In this document: positions 1 to 11,949 of the stretch, piece by piece | Position numbering within the stretch: position 1 is the first letter of the stretch | Layout of the letters: every line of letters begins with the position of its first letter | Assembly (NCBI GenBank): GCA_043228905.1 | Contig: JBHGNT010000012.1 | Location: 4,340,001 to 4,404,000 of the forward strand | Direction of reading: 5' to 3' | DNA length: 64,000 nucleotides | DNA from: Azolla caroliniana | Lineage: Eukaryota; Plantae; Polypodiophyta | Translations under genes and position numbers: made by a program | Notes under the pieces: generated by a model | Databases searched by the model: none | Told to the model about the DNA's origin: nothing | Seen by the model: the letters and a program-made list of their open reading frames with translations, nothing else

Positions 1-93
1 AATTGTTTCCACACCTTTTTCTTATTTCAACAAATGTGTCTTTTGAAAATTCATTGCATCCCTATCTTCAATTGTCATGTGAGGTCTATATTA

Positions 94-857
94 TAGGGAT
101 CGGCAACGGCTCGGCTCAAGCCTAAACCGTTTGGCTTAGCCGGCTTAAAAACGGCTTGGCGGCTCGGCTCGGCTCGGCTTGAGCCTCGCCAAGCCGGCTA
201 AGCCGTTTATAAACTTTAGAGAGAGGGGGAGAGAGACAACAGACAAGGGGAAAGAGAGAGAGAGAGAAAGAGAGAGAGTGAGGGAGACTAAACAGACGAT
301 GGGAGAGAGAGAGTGAGGGAGGGAGAACTACACAGACGAGGAGAGAGAGAGGGAGGGAGGGAGACAACATATAAGGAGAGAGAGAGAGAGAGAGAGACTA
401 CAGAGACGAGGAGAGAGAGAGAGGGAGGGAGGGAGACAACATAAGGAGAGAGAGAGAGAGAGACTACACAGAGGGGGGAGAGAGAGAGAGAGAGAGGAAC
501 TACATAGAGGGGGGAGAGAGAGAGAGAGGGAGAGAGAGTCGAGACCACAGACGTGAGAGAGAGTGGGAGGGAGAGCTTGTACAATGTATAGTATATAGTA
601 TATAGTATATAGTGGATCATTCTGAGAGAGAGAGAGAGAGAGGGAGGTAGGGAGAGAGAGGGAGGGAGGTTTCTAAACCGGTTTCCAAGCCGTTTACCAA
701 GCCGGTTCACAAACCGGTTTAGCCTAAACCGGTTTGTGACCTGGCTCGGCTTGGTTCGGCTCAAAGTTTGAGATCCCGTAAACGGTTTAGGCTTAGCCGG
801 TTTGGCCTGATTCAAGCCAAACCGGCTAAGCCTAAACTGAACCGTTGCCGATCCCTA
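94..857. mobile_element. Non-autonomous hAT-superfamily element (MITE-like)
   Basis: 16-bp perfect TIR TAGGGATCGGCAACGG / CCGTTGCCGATCCCTA; 8-bp TSD CTATATTA at 86-93 and 858-865; many subterminal AAACGG/AACCGG motifs; GA-rich non-coding interior. Confidence 0.93.
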
Positions 858-1018
858 CTATATTAGCAAGTTCATGTGCCCTTTATACGAGAATTGTAAA
901 TTAAATGTAGTACATTACTAAATGGTGATGTTCCTTGTCATGTGAGGTCTATATTAGCAAGTTCATGTGCCCTTTATACTAGAATTGTAAATTAAATGTA
1001 GTACATTACTAAATGGTG
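858..1018. repeat. Local ~85-bp direct duplication; second copy is the empty insertion site of the hAT element
   Basis: 72-93 joined to 866-928 is repeated at 935-1018 with a single CTATATTA. Confidence 0.9.
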
Positions 1019-1789
1019 TTGTGGAACATCACGTTAGATTGTGGCCTTTTAGTCTTTGTTGGACAACCTTACATTGTCCTTATCTCAAATTTTCTAGTTA
1101 TTGGTTTAGTGTTTACACCATAGCAACAAAGCTATAAAATTGAGAAGACCCAAGTTGTATCCTTGTTATGGACTCAATCCCATACAATAGAATATCAATC
1201 TCTTTTTGCCATGAATGATAAACCATTTGCATGTCATGGTGAAATGCATCTCCATGAGTGTGGATACTATTGATTTGGTGTATCAATGTTTCACATAGTT
1301 TTCCCTAGTCTTATGATGAGTACATGTGGGTTACTTCTAAAAGGAACAAGTGTAGATTTTAATTACAATTCCAAGTGTGAGATAACTATCAAGTGTGTTA
1401 TCACTTGACCACTTCAGATGAAGTCGTCTAGTGTTTGAACATGCCACGGCATAGGGACAAGAAGATTTGCTACATTCTTATCGAGTGATACTAGACTTAG
1501 GCACTTGAGACTATGTAAGGCTATGGCTCTTGTTAGCTAAGTATGCGTGATCCTTGTAGAACCTCTTGGAGACAGTTGTCTGTGAAGGTAGACAGAAACA
1601 ACTCTATAGTACGAAGAACGAAAGATTGATAGAGACATAAGCAAGATGAATAGAGTGGAACTCAGACAACTTAGCAAGATCAACAAGAACAACATAATTA
1701 GAATTAGAATTTTTATCGTGCATAAAGAGGCCAAATTTGACCTATGGCACCAAAGTATACATGTGTTCTTGATATGTGTCTCCTTCCTA

Positions 1790-2190
1790 AGAAGGGGTAT
1801 TCATACACTGAAGCACAAAGTCTTTATGTGTGAATAAAGCATACACATATGAGCTCAACCTTCTCGGTGGTGTCTTAAGTATGGTACTTACGTTATCACT
1901 CCCTCTTAGTATGTCAACATATCTTGAATGAATTGCACTATATATCGAGCGTGTGAAGAGAAAGTGACATTCATCCTTCATTGCATACTTTACATGTCTT
2001 CAAATTTGTTACATTTTGATACCATGATGCAACTTCAATACTTAACTTGTGAGATCGAGTGTGAAGTAGTGTAAGGGCTCTACGAGCATTGCTACTCATA
2101 TTGGTAATGAGATACGGTTGGATATGATCAATAGGCATTCTTGCCTTATATTGAAATTTGAGACCAACATTCAGGGTTGACATTTGCAAT
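1790..2190 (-). pseudogene. Degenerate 3' fragment of a non-LTR retrotransposon (LINE) ORF2, C-terminal Cys/His region
   Basis: Frameshifted peptides RSHKLSIEVASW..TCKVC and DECHFLF..YSAI match the SHxLxxExGRW-C-x2-C-E-x-H-x4-C pattern of LINE C-termini; the same motif occurs at 60.5-60.9 kb. Confidence 0.65.
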
Positions 2191-2294
2191 GTAGTATTCT
2201 AGCTTTGTCCTCTTCGCTGGCGAATACAGGTATCTAATGGTTGTATTCACACTGTCTCTTGGATAGTCTAGGTTTTATGACATTTATGTAAATA

Positions 2295-3253
2295 TGTCAA
2301 AGGGCAGTTGCCTTAGCCCAGTTGGTATATAAAGGGCTTTTGTAACCTGGCTCATAAAGTTGTTATTTGATAGAGGGCAACCGCCTCCATTGTATTGTAA
2401 CCATTATTTGATAATACCGTTACATTGTGTGCCTCGATCTCTTCTTCCTTTCTCTCTCTCATTTTGTTCTTTGATCTTGTATCTTAACTCGGTGATCTTC
2501 ATCTCAAGGTGATGTTTATGTTTTTGCACTAATGCCCTCAGTCACCCAACATCTAGTATCAAAGCAGAGGTTCTTCAACTCACTTCCAGCCGTCATCAGT
2601 CTTCAACAACACTCTTGCTTCGTCTCCCTTGAAGAACCTGAGTTCAAGATCTCATGTTGAGAAGAGAAAGAAAACAGAAAATTCGCACTCCACTGAGCTA
2701 GATCACTCTTGTGATAAGCTAGTCAGATGTACCTTGCTTCTGTGGTTGGAGGCACTAGGAGTGGAATCTCTATCAAATCGGCCTCGATCGTGCTTTACCA
2801 GGTTAGACACTATCTACTCATTTGTTGTAACCTCTCAAAGCAGATCCTCCTCTAGGGAACAACCCCAATCCATGCCTCATTCGGCTAAACAACATTTGGG
2901 AGGACCAGTCGGCTCCGTCCCTCTCATCGTTGCACTCACCGGCTTGGATAATCGGCCCAAAATCTGTGATTGACATCTTGAAATCGGCGTCGGAAACAAA
3001 TCGACAGATTTGATTGTCCAACTCAAGAAGCCGATTCCACTCGTGTTCGAATCCGACTAGAACAATATCGAGTGAGCCAGTCGGTTGCATCCCATCACCA
3101 TTTGTAATCAACTCCGAAAACATTCTAACAAGTCAATACAGATGGCATCAAAATCTGGCTCATCAGAGATGAGTCTAAGGAAGTTCGACGGATCGAACTT
3201 CAACTTCTGGAAGGAGCAAATGCAAGACTATCTAATAGTCAAGGGTTAGATAG
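2295..3253 (+). mobile_element. Copia A: 5' LTR (~2295-2551), degenerate tRNA-iMet PBS and gag start; gag resumes at 26745-26833 after Copia B
   Basis: TG..CA LTR with TATATAAA; PBS-like TAGTATCAAAGC; ATG at 3142 gives MASKSGSSEMSLRKFDGSNFNFWKEQMQDYL, continuing IDPIKNE..EWTKLDRI after the GATAG TSD. Confidence 0.8.
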
Positions 3254-3636
3254 TGTTGAGAATCAAGCTCAACATAGTGCAACGTGTGAACACACCTTTG
3301 AGAATCTATGTGCACTCAAAGGTCAAGAGTCATACCACTCTCAACACATTAAACTATGTGTCATAGAATCATATTATATGACACATAACTAATGAGTTTC
3401 ATATTCCCAATGACTATGAGTCTTCACATTCCTTAAGGTTCTAGAGAGAGAGTGGAAGTTGTAATGAGTTAATGAAGAGAGAGGGTGACCTTATATAAAG
3501 CACCCTCCTACTTTATACTAAGTCGGTTGTGACTCCTTGTAATGCTACATTTTCATTTATCATATTCTCCTTGTTAATATACATCTCCTTCTTCTTGAGT
3601 ACTTCATTTTGAATACTCAAGAAATCTACATCGACA

Positions 3637-5268
3637 ATGAATACTCAAATGGGGAGCGCTCTCCCTAGCGAGAAGTTGGATCGCAACAACTTTGCATCTT
3701 GGGAGTACAAGATGCACCAATACCTTGTCGGCCAAGGCTATTGGAGCTACATCAAAGGAGCACAAGAAAATCGGCCCGACCCGAAAGACGCCGACTACGC
3801 AACATGGGAGCAAGCGGCGAGTCGAGTAATGTATTTCTTGGCGACATGTGTACACGACCACATGCTCGGCTACATTCACGAAGCTGGGACGCCAAAGGAA
3901 GCTTGGGAGAATCTACGAAAGATTTTCGCTGCCAACACAACCACGAGGAAGCTTCAACTCCGCCAAGAGTTGAATAATATCCAACAAAGGGATATGTCCG
4001 TCACGAGCTACACCTTGAAGATCAAGGAGCTTTGTGATTCACTTGGCTCGATAAGTGTAAACGTGGAGGATGATGAGATGGTGCAAATATGTCTCGGCGG
4101 CCTTGCACCACAATTTGGCGTGATGCGGACCACTATACTAGCATGGGAGAATCCACCCTCCTTCTTCGATCTTCAATCCATGTTGTTGGTCGAAGAAAAC
4201 CATGTTCGAACAAGGAGTAATGGCTTGGAAGGCCAAATGCTCTACGCGCATTTGGACGGAGGAAGAGGACGCAACCGTGCAAGAAGAGGCCGATTTGGCC
4301 AAGGACGAGGCGGACGAGGCTCGGGTTATGAAAACAACTCTCAATTACGGCAACAAAATGAAGGCCATTGGGGAACCTTCAGAAGAAGGGGGAGCCACCA
4401 TTTCGGTTCGAGCCGAAAAACCTCAATCGAATGCGGATATTGCGGCAAAGTTGGCCACCGTGAAGAAGAGTGCCGAAAGAAGATGCGTGAGTCGACGTCC
4501 ACAAGCCAACAACTCACGAATTACGCCACCAACTCCGAGTACGACGATTACGTCGGACTATTCGTGATGAGGCAAACTCTATGTCGGCTTCTACATCAAC
4601 TAATGCCGTCGGTCCGGAAGACGTATGGTTCGTCGACTCCGGTGCTTCGAACCATATGACGTCCCATCAAGAGTGGTTTCGAGACTTGTGGAAGCTGGAT
4701 CGACCCGGTTATGTCGAGACCAGAGACGATACCAGTCATCCGATTCGGCATGTCGGGAATGTCCCATTCGGGAAAGATGGCGAAAAAACTTGCATAAAAA
4801 TTGTATTACATGTACCCACCATAATGAATAATTTGGTCTCGGTCGGCCAAATTGTGGAGCAAGGGATGCTAGTTCGATTCAACCAAGGTGGTTGCTTCAT
4901 CGAGAAGGAAGGTCGACTCATCGATCGGGGTCGAAAGGAAGGTTGAATGTTTATCCTTGAGTCAAACGAGGTGAAATCGGCCATGTACTCAAAGGGCCTC
5001 AAACCCGACACCGACATAGAGCTATGGCACAAGTGGATTGGCCATATCAATCTTCAAAAGCTCAAGGCAATGCAATCAAAAGGAGTCGTCATCGGACTCC
5101 CGACCTTCAAAGAGCGAGAGATTGAAGACGTATGTGCGGCGTGCCAATTCGGTAAGCAACATCGGCATCAATTTTCGAAAGAGAGGAATGTGAGCAAAGG
5201 CGTACTCGACGTAATTCACTCCGATGTATGGGGATCGGCCCAAATGGCGACATTCGGTAGATGTTGAT
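3637..5268 (+). pseudogene. gag-pol: Copia B gag, protease, GAG-pre-integrase and start of integrase (frameshifts/stops)
   Basis: EKLDRNNFASW gag; CGYCGKVGHREEEC zinc knuckle; WFVDSGASNHM protease; LWHKWIGH..CAACQFGK; IHSDVWG. Confidence 0.92.
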
Positions 5269-8200
5269 TGTAAAAATAACGTGCGGAAGCAAATATAAAG
5301 ACAGAACAGAAGGAAGAACACTCAGGTTTAATGGAGAGCTTGAGCTTACGCAGTATACGCGGGAGAGACAGAGAGAGTAAGAGAATATATTCAAGAAAGA
5401 CAAAAAAAACAATACATATATGTGTTCAATGAACACTTTGTACAAGTCCTAGAAGGACTGACCGAAGTACTGACAGTACTTCAATGCTCATTAAGAGCTC
5501 CTACACTAACTCCCAAATATATTCCTCACGGAATATCTTTCCTAACGGCCTAACCGATCGATCCCAACCGATCCGGTCCTCAGCTTCTTAAGTCGATCCG
5601 GCCGATGTTGAGCTTGTCTCTCAACATTCCCCCTCAAGCTCAACTTGAGGCTCTTCAGGATCTTCACAGCTCCGGTTCCTCCTAGCTTCACGCCTCGCTC
5701 GCGCTCCTCGACCTGTTCAACTCCGCGCGCTTCGACCCTTCCGGTCGGCTTGTTTGCTCATGTGGCCCTTATCAGCTCTTCTGCTGCTGCGGTGTCAACA
5801 CTTCTTCTGCTGCCTTTTCTTCCGCTTGGGCCTCGGTTGATTCAACATGTCTGAATTAAACATCCGAACCGACTCGGCTACCTCCGATCGGTTTTCGCTC
5901 TCGTCCGAGTTGGCTGTCTCCAACTCGTCTTCGGTCTTCTCGCCCTCGATGGCATCATCTCCCCCATGCGTGGTTGGCTTCGGCTCTCTCCTTTGGCTGC
6001 TCCCCTTCTGTCCGCTTTCGGACTTTTCCGCGGATCTGCCCTCGGCTTCTCCAGCCGATCCGAAGTCGAACTCGACAACCGACTCGGTGTCGCGGTCTCC
6101 GCTCCTTTCCTGCTGCCTTGCTTGGTCGTTCGGAACTGTTCTCCCCCTCAAGTTTGGCAAGTCGAGGTGACGCAATCCGAGCGCACTTGAGAAATGCTGT
6201 AACTTGTCCAGACCAAGAGGCTTTGTGAAGATGTCGGCAGTCTGCCGATCCGTTGGCACGTACTGAAGTTCGACTTCACCGGAAAGGACACGCTCACGAA
6301 CGAAATGGTAGTGCACCTCAATGTGCTTGGTCCGTGCGTGGAAAATGGGGTTCTTAGCGAGCTGGATGCTGCTGAGGTTGTCGCAGTAGATCGTCGTCGG
6401 ATCTAACACCTCCGCTTGTAGGTCCTTAAGTAGCTGCTTCAACCATATGGCTTCGCATGTCGCGACAACCGCTCCTCGATACTCAGCTTCGGTGCTCGAC
6501 AGTGCAACTGTCGACTGCTTCTTACTGCTCCACGCGATCACGGCACTCCCGAGGGAGAACGCGTATCCGGACGTGGATCGGCGATCGACGGCGTTGCCAG
6601 CCCAATCAACATCGGTGTAGCCGACTAACTGCGCGGTTGCACCGGTCCGATATAGCAGTCCGCGGTCCTTAGTGCCACTTACGTACCGCAGTACGCGTTG
6701 TGCACACTGAAGGTGCTCCTCGGTAGGTCGCGCCATGAACTGACTGATCACCCCGACCGGATAACTGAGGTCGGGTCGGGTGATGGTCAAGTATATGAGG
6801 CTTCCGACAATTTGTTGGAACCTCGTCGGGTCGCATACCTCTCACGTATTGGGACGAAGCTTGATGGTTCTGTCCAGAGGAGTCGAGACGGATTTACAGT
6901 CGGCCATCCTGAATTTGAAGAGCATACTCAGCACGTAATGACGTTGGCTGATCAATATGCCTTCGGGGGTACGGATCACTTCGATGCCGAGGAAGTAATG
7001 AAGGTCCCCCAGATCCTTCATGTCGAACGATGCCGCAAGCTATAGCTTCACACGGCCGATTTCACCTAGGTCGGCGCCGGTGATGACCAAGTCATCGACA
7101 TATAGTAGAATACTAACCGGTCCGAGTTGACCTTTCCGGATGAACAGGGAAGAGTCCGATTTTGACGTGACGAAGCCCATCCGACGCAGGTGTTGCATGA
7201 TCTTCGCGTTCCAAGCACGTGGGGCTTGCTTCAGTCTGTAAAGGGACTTCTTCAGTCGGCATACTGCCGAGGAGTTTGTTCCAGAGTGAAATCCGGGGGG
7301 CTGTACCATGTACACTTGTTCCTCAAGGTCACCTTGCAGGAACACATTCTTTACATCCATTTGATGTAGGTGCCACCCCTTGGCCGCGGCTACTACGAGC
7401 AAAACACGGACGGTCGTCATTTTCACGACCGGCGCAAATGTCTCATCGTAGTCGATGAGGTGTTTTTGCACGTAGCCCTTTGCCACTAGTCGAGCCTTGT
7501 ACCGGTTGACCGAGCCATCGGTGTTGTACTTAACTTTGTACACCCACCTACACCCAATCAGTTTTACCCCTCTTGGTGCATCAACCAGGTCCCAGGTCTC
7601 GTTCTCCGCCAATGCGTGCATCTCTTCCTCCATCGCGGCACGCCAATTTGCGTCTTTAGCTGCTTCTACGTAGCTCTTCGGCTCACGCACTTCCGCTACA
7701 CGGATCATGTATGCATAATGATGCGCCATGTACTCGTTGTATCCGAACTGCAAAACAGGATTCTTCTGGTGGGTAGATCGGCGTAATCTCACATTAGCCG
7801 ATGTCGAGGCCTTCTCGGTCGACGCGGTCTTCATCTTTAAAGACCCGTCACCGCTTCCGTCGGAGTCAGACTCGCGTCGGTCAGACTCGTTCTTATCCGT
7901 GCCGGAGTCCGACACCTTCTTCTTCCCTTTCTCTTTGCGTGTAAGCCGTCTCCTCGGCTTCCTGCGCGGGGAATGCACGGCCGAGTCTCCACTACTCGCC
8001 GGCTCTTTATCAGACTGGTCGTACTGACTCAGTCGTCCAATCGGTCCACTTAACCGGAGTGAAATCAGACTCTCTTCGTGGGTCTTGATTTCAGGCTCAT
8101 CCGGAGGCATCTCGGCCTCGCTGACCTCATCGTCAGAGCTCGGATTGGAGTCGGGGTTCGTAGTCGGGGGCAGGTACCAGGACGCGGACGCGTCAAACAC

Positions 8201-10677
8201 ACAGCTCGTGCGCCGACACTTTGTCTCCGATCCGGTTCTGGATGTATACCGCGGTCCTTACCGCCTCGGCCCAGTAGAACTTGGGCAAGCTCTTCTCCTC
8301 CAGCATTGCCCGTGCCGCTTCCACAACTGACCGATTCTTCCTCTCGGCCACGCCGTTCTGCTCCGGCGTGTATCTACAACTGAATTCGCGCCGAATTCCC
8401 ATTTGTTGTAGATAACCATTGAATTGACCGGAGAAGTACTCTTTCCCGCCATCCGACCGCAGGCACTTGATCTTTCGTCCCGTTTCCGTTTCCACGAACC
8501 CTTTGAGGTCCCGAAAGCAGTCGAAGACTTCGCTCTTCCTCTCAATGAGGTAGATCCACGTGTGCCGCGTGTGGTCGTCAATGAAGGAGACGAAATATCG
8601 GCTCCCGCCAAGACTAACATTTTGTGCCGGCCCCCATACATCGGAGTGTATAAGGTCGAGCTTGTTCCAGCTCCGGTTTCGCTCATTGGGGAAAGGAAGT
8701 CGGTGTTGCTTCCCTAGCTGGCAAGTTTCACAAATTTGTGCCTTTCGGCCACTAGATTTGGGCAATCCAAACACTACCTGTTTCGATTGCAGATCTTGAA
8801 GCCGCTGGTGGTTGACGTGGCCTATCTGCTTGTGCCACAAGTCGATGTCCGACTCGGATTTTTGTCCCTTCGCGAACATTGCGGTGCCGCCGTCAGTGGA
8901 GTCGAGGATGAACATCCTCCTGTCTCTGCGCCCTTGCGCAATCACACGGCCTTCTTCCTCAATGAAGCACCCGAGGTGTGTAAACCGAACCTCCATCCCT
9001 TGGTCGACGATCTATCCGACCGAGACCAAGTTTTTCGTGATTGTCGGAACGTGCAACACATTCATGAGTTTCCCTTTCTGCCCGACATGGCTAAGGGGAA
9101 CTTCTCCGACATTCGCAATCGGATGCGGAGTGTCGTCTCCTGTTGCGACTACTCCAGGTTGTATCGGTTTTTCAAGGTATGAGAACCACTCCTTATGGCT
9201 CGTCATGTGGTTTGACGCGCCGGAGTCTACGTACCACACCTCGTCCGATCTCGGGGTGCTCTGTTTCATTGAGTTTGCTTCGTGTCTCGTCACGAAGGCA
9301 GACCCTTCTCCGGCTCTCTTGGAGTCTTCGGCGTAGTGCGATCGCTGCCGATTTCCCTTGTCGGTATGTCTGGAGCCGTTTCCGGAACCGGTTCTCTCCG
9401 AATCGGCGCGCTTCTTCCAGCTCTCACTTTCCCTGTGGCCTTTCTTGCCATAGTACCAGCACTCCACGATGGCCTTCCCTTGCCGGTTCTCATCGCTTCG
9501 ACTCCCCCTGTTTCCGGAGGGTCCGGAGTTGCTGTCGGCATCAGTTTGGTGCCTTCTTCCTTGATCTCGTCGGCTGCCTCCATTGCGCGCCGACTCGCCT
9601 TGTCCTCCACGTCCACGGGGCCTATCTCCCTCCGTGTACAACATTCTACTATCGGTGTGCGTGCTTGTAGACGCACCCACGTGGTTCTCCTCTACCAGGA
9701 GCATTGACTGTAAGTCAAAAAAGGACGACGTATTCTCCCGGGTACACACAGCCGTTCGGAACGCTCCGAACTTCGACGCCAAACCTCTGAGACAGATCTG
9801 GACCATCTCGCTCTCCTCGATGTTCACCTCTATGGAGGCGAGGGAGTCGCAGATATCCTTGATCTTCGAGGTATAGTCTGCCACCGACAAGTCGCGTTGT
9901 CGTAGGTTGCTCAACTCCTGTCGGAGTTGAAGCTTCCTGGCTGTGGTGCTCGCGGCGAAAATCTTCTTCAGATTTTCCCATGCACCCTTCGGCGTCTTTG
10001 CATCCCGAACATAGCTCAATAACTGTTCGCCCACACACGACGCGAAGCAGTATAATACCCTGCTCGCCGATTGCTCCCACGACGGGAAGTCTCTGTGTGT
10101 TGATTTGGGTGCCGCGTCATTAGCTCCTTTGACATAACTCCAGTAGCCGTGCCCGAGCAAGTACTGGTGCATCTTGTAGGACCAAGACGCGTAGTTGGTT
10201 CTGTTGAGCTTCTCTGTTGGAAGCGAGCTCGCCATGCCTCTATCCATCGTTCTTCTTGTTCTTCTTCGTCAAGCTGTGTCGGCTGCAGAGAGGTTCTCAA
10301 CCCTCGCGCTCTGATACCATGTAAAAATAACGTGTGGAAGCAAGTATAAAGACAGAACAAAAGGAAGAACACTCAGGTTTAATGGAGAGTTTGAGCTTAC
10401 GCAGTATACGCGGGAGAGACAGAGAGAGTAAGAGAATATATTCAAGAAAGACAAAAAAAACAATACATATATGTGTTCAATGAACACTTTGTACAAGTCC
10501 TAGAAGGACTGACCGAAGTACTGACAATACTTCAATGCTCATTAAGAGCTCCTATACTAACTCCCAAATATATTCCTCACGGAATATCTTTCCTAATGGC
10601 CTAACCGATCGGTCCTAACTGATCCGGTCCTCGGCTTCTTCAGCTGATCCGGCAGATGTTGAGCTTGTCTCTCAACA
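5269..10677 (-). mobile_element. Copia C, LTR retrotransposon inserted in Copia B integrase
   Basis: 358-bp LTRs at 5269-5626 and 10320-10677; PBS TGGTATCAGAGC (10308-10319, minus); PPT at 5627-5636; TSD CCGAT (right) / TTGAT (left, two C>T changes). Confidence 0.95.
5795..10247 (-). pseudogene. gag-pol: Copia C gag-pol (stops; ~0.2-kb deletion at ~8200 in the integrase C-terminal part)
   Basis: ORFs 9012-10247 (gag/PR), 8193-8996 (INT: LRSDGGKEY, EQNGVAER), 7040-8200 (RT: LYVDDL), 5795-6790 (RNase H plus charged tail). Confidence 0.93.
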
Positions 10678-10682
10678 CCGAT

Positions 10683-11215
10683 ATTATATAACCTTCATCA
10701 ACGACTTCTCAAGGCACACATGGATCTACCTGATGCGGCAAAAGAGCGAAGTGTTCGGACAATTCCAAAAATTCAAGAGTGGAGTCGAAAAAGCAACTAG
10801 TCGACACATACGGTGCCTTCGATAAAATGGAGCCAAGAATATTTCTCGGATGAGTTTACGACGTATCTCCGAAATGAAGGAATCTGGCGAGAATTTTCGT
10901 GTCGACATACGCCACAATAGAACGAAGTGGCCGAACGCAAGAATCAACACATCCTTGAAGTGGCACGAGCTATGCTTAATGAAAAGCACATGCCGAAATT
11001 GTATTGGGCGAAAGCGGCCAACACGGCCGTCTATCTCATGAATAAGTGTACAACATCCGGCATGCATGAATTCACGCCACGCGAGAAGTTTTACGGAAAG
11101 AAGCCAGATCTATCGCATGTTCAGATATTTGGCTCCATTGCGTACATGCACATCCCTGACGAGAAGCGACAAAAGCTCGACCCAAAGTCGGAGAAATGTA
11201 TCCTCATAGGATACT
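10683..11215 (+). pseudogene. pol: Copia B integrase core segment between the C and D insertions
   Basis: AERKNQHILEVARAML..KLDPKSEKCILIGY. Confidence 0.9.
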
Positions 11216-11304
11216 TGTGAAAAGAACAACGTGCGGAAGCAACAGAAAGCAGAATGTAGGAAAACACAAGCTTAATGGAGAGCTTGGACACACACACAGT
11301 ATGC

Positions 11305-11392
<88 letters not shown>

Positions 11393-11949
11393 ATACACAC
11401 AACTCTATTCAAAAAATAATACTCAGTTTGTACATAGAATGTGCTCAGTGAGCACTTTTATACAAGTCCATATAGACTGATAGAAGTACTGACACGTACT
11501 TCAATGCTCATAAATGAGCTCTACACTAACTCCCAAAAATTTATTCCTATGCGGAATATCTTTCCAATGGCCTCGCGGTTTACGCACTGCTACGGCTTCT
11601 TGTTGCGCACCGGTTTATGCACCCGGTTTACGCACCCGGTTTACGCACCGGTCTGGCCTAACTGATCGGTCCCAACTGATCCGGTTCTCGGCTTGCACAG
11701 TCGATCCGGCCAATGTTGAGCTTGTATCTCAACACTCCCCCTCAAGCTCAACTTGAGGCTCTTCTGGTTCTTCCGGATCATCGCTCTAGTTTCTTCTAGC
11801 TTCACGCCTCGCTCGCGCTCCTTGACCTGTTCGATTCCGCGCGCCTCGACCCTTCTAGTCGGCGTGTGTGCTCGTGCAGCCCTTCTTAGCTCCCTTGCTG
11901 TCGCGGTGTTGGCGTCTCTTCATCTGCCCTTTCTTCCACTTGGCCCTCG

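Noticed and set aside
122-815. SL-rich and ER-rich ORFs (also 11121-11480 and 60136-60459)
   Set aside because: They are translations of (GA)n/(CT)n microsatellites.
5645-10500. Numerous antisense and alternate-frame ORFs over gag-pol regions throughout the window
   Set aside because: Expected shadows of GC-rich coding sequence; no recognisable domains.
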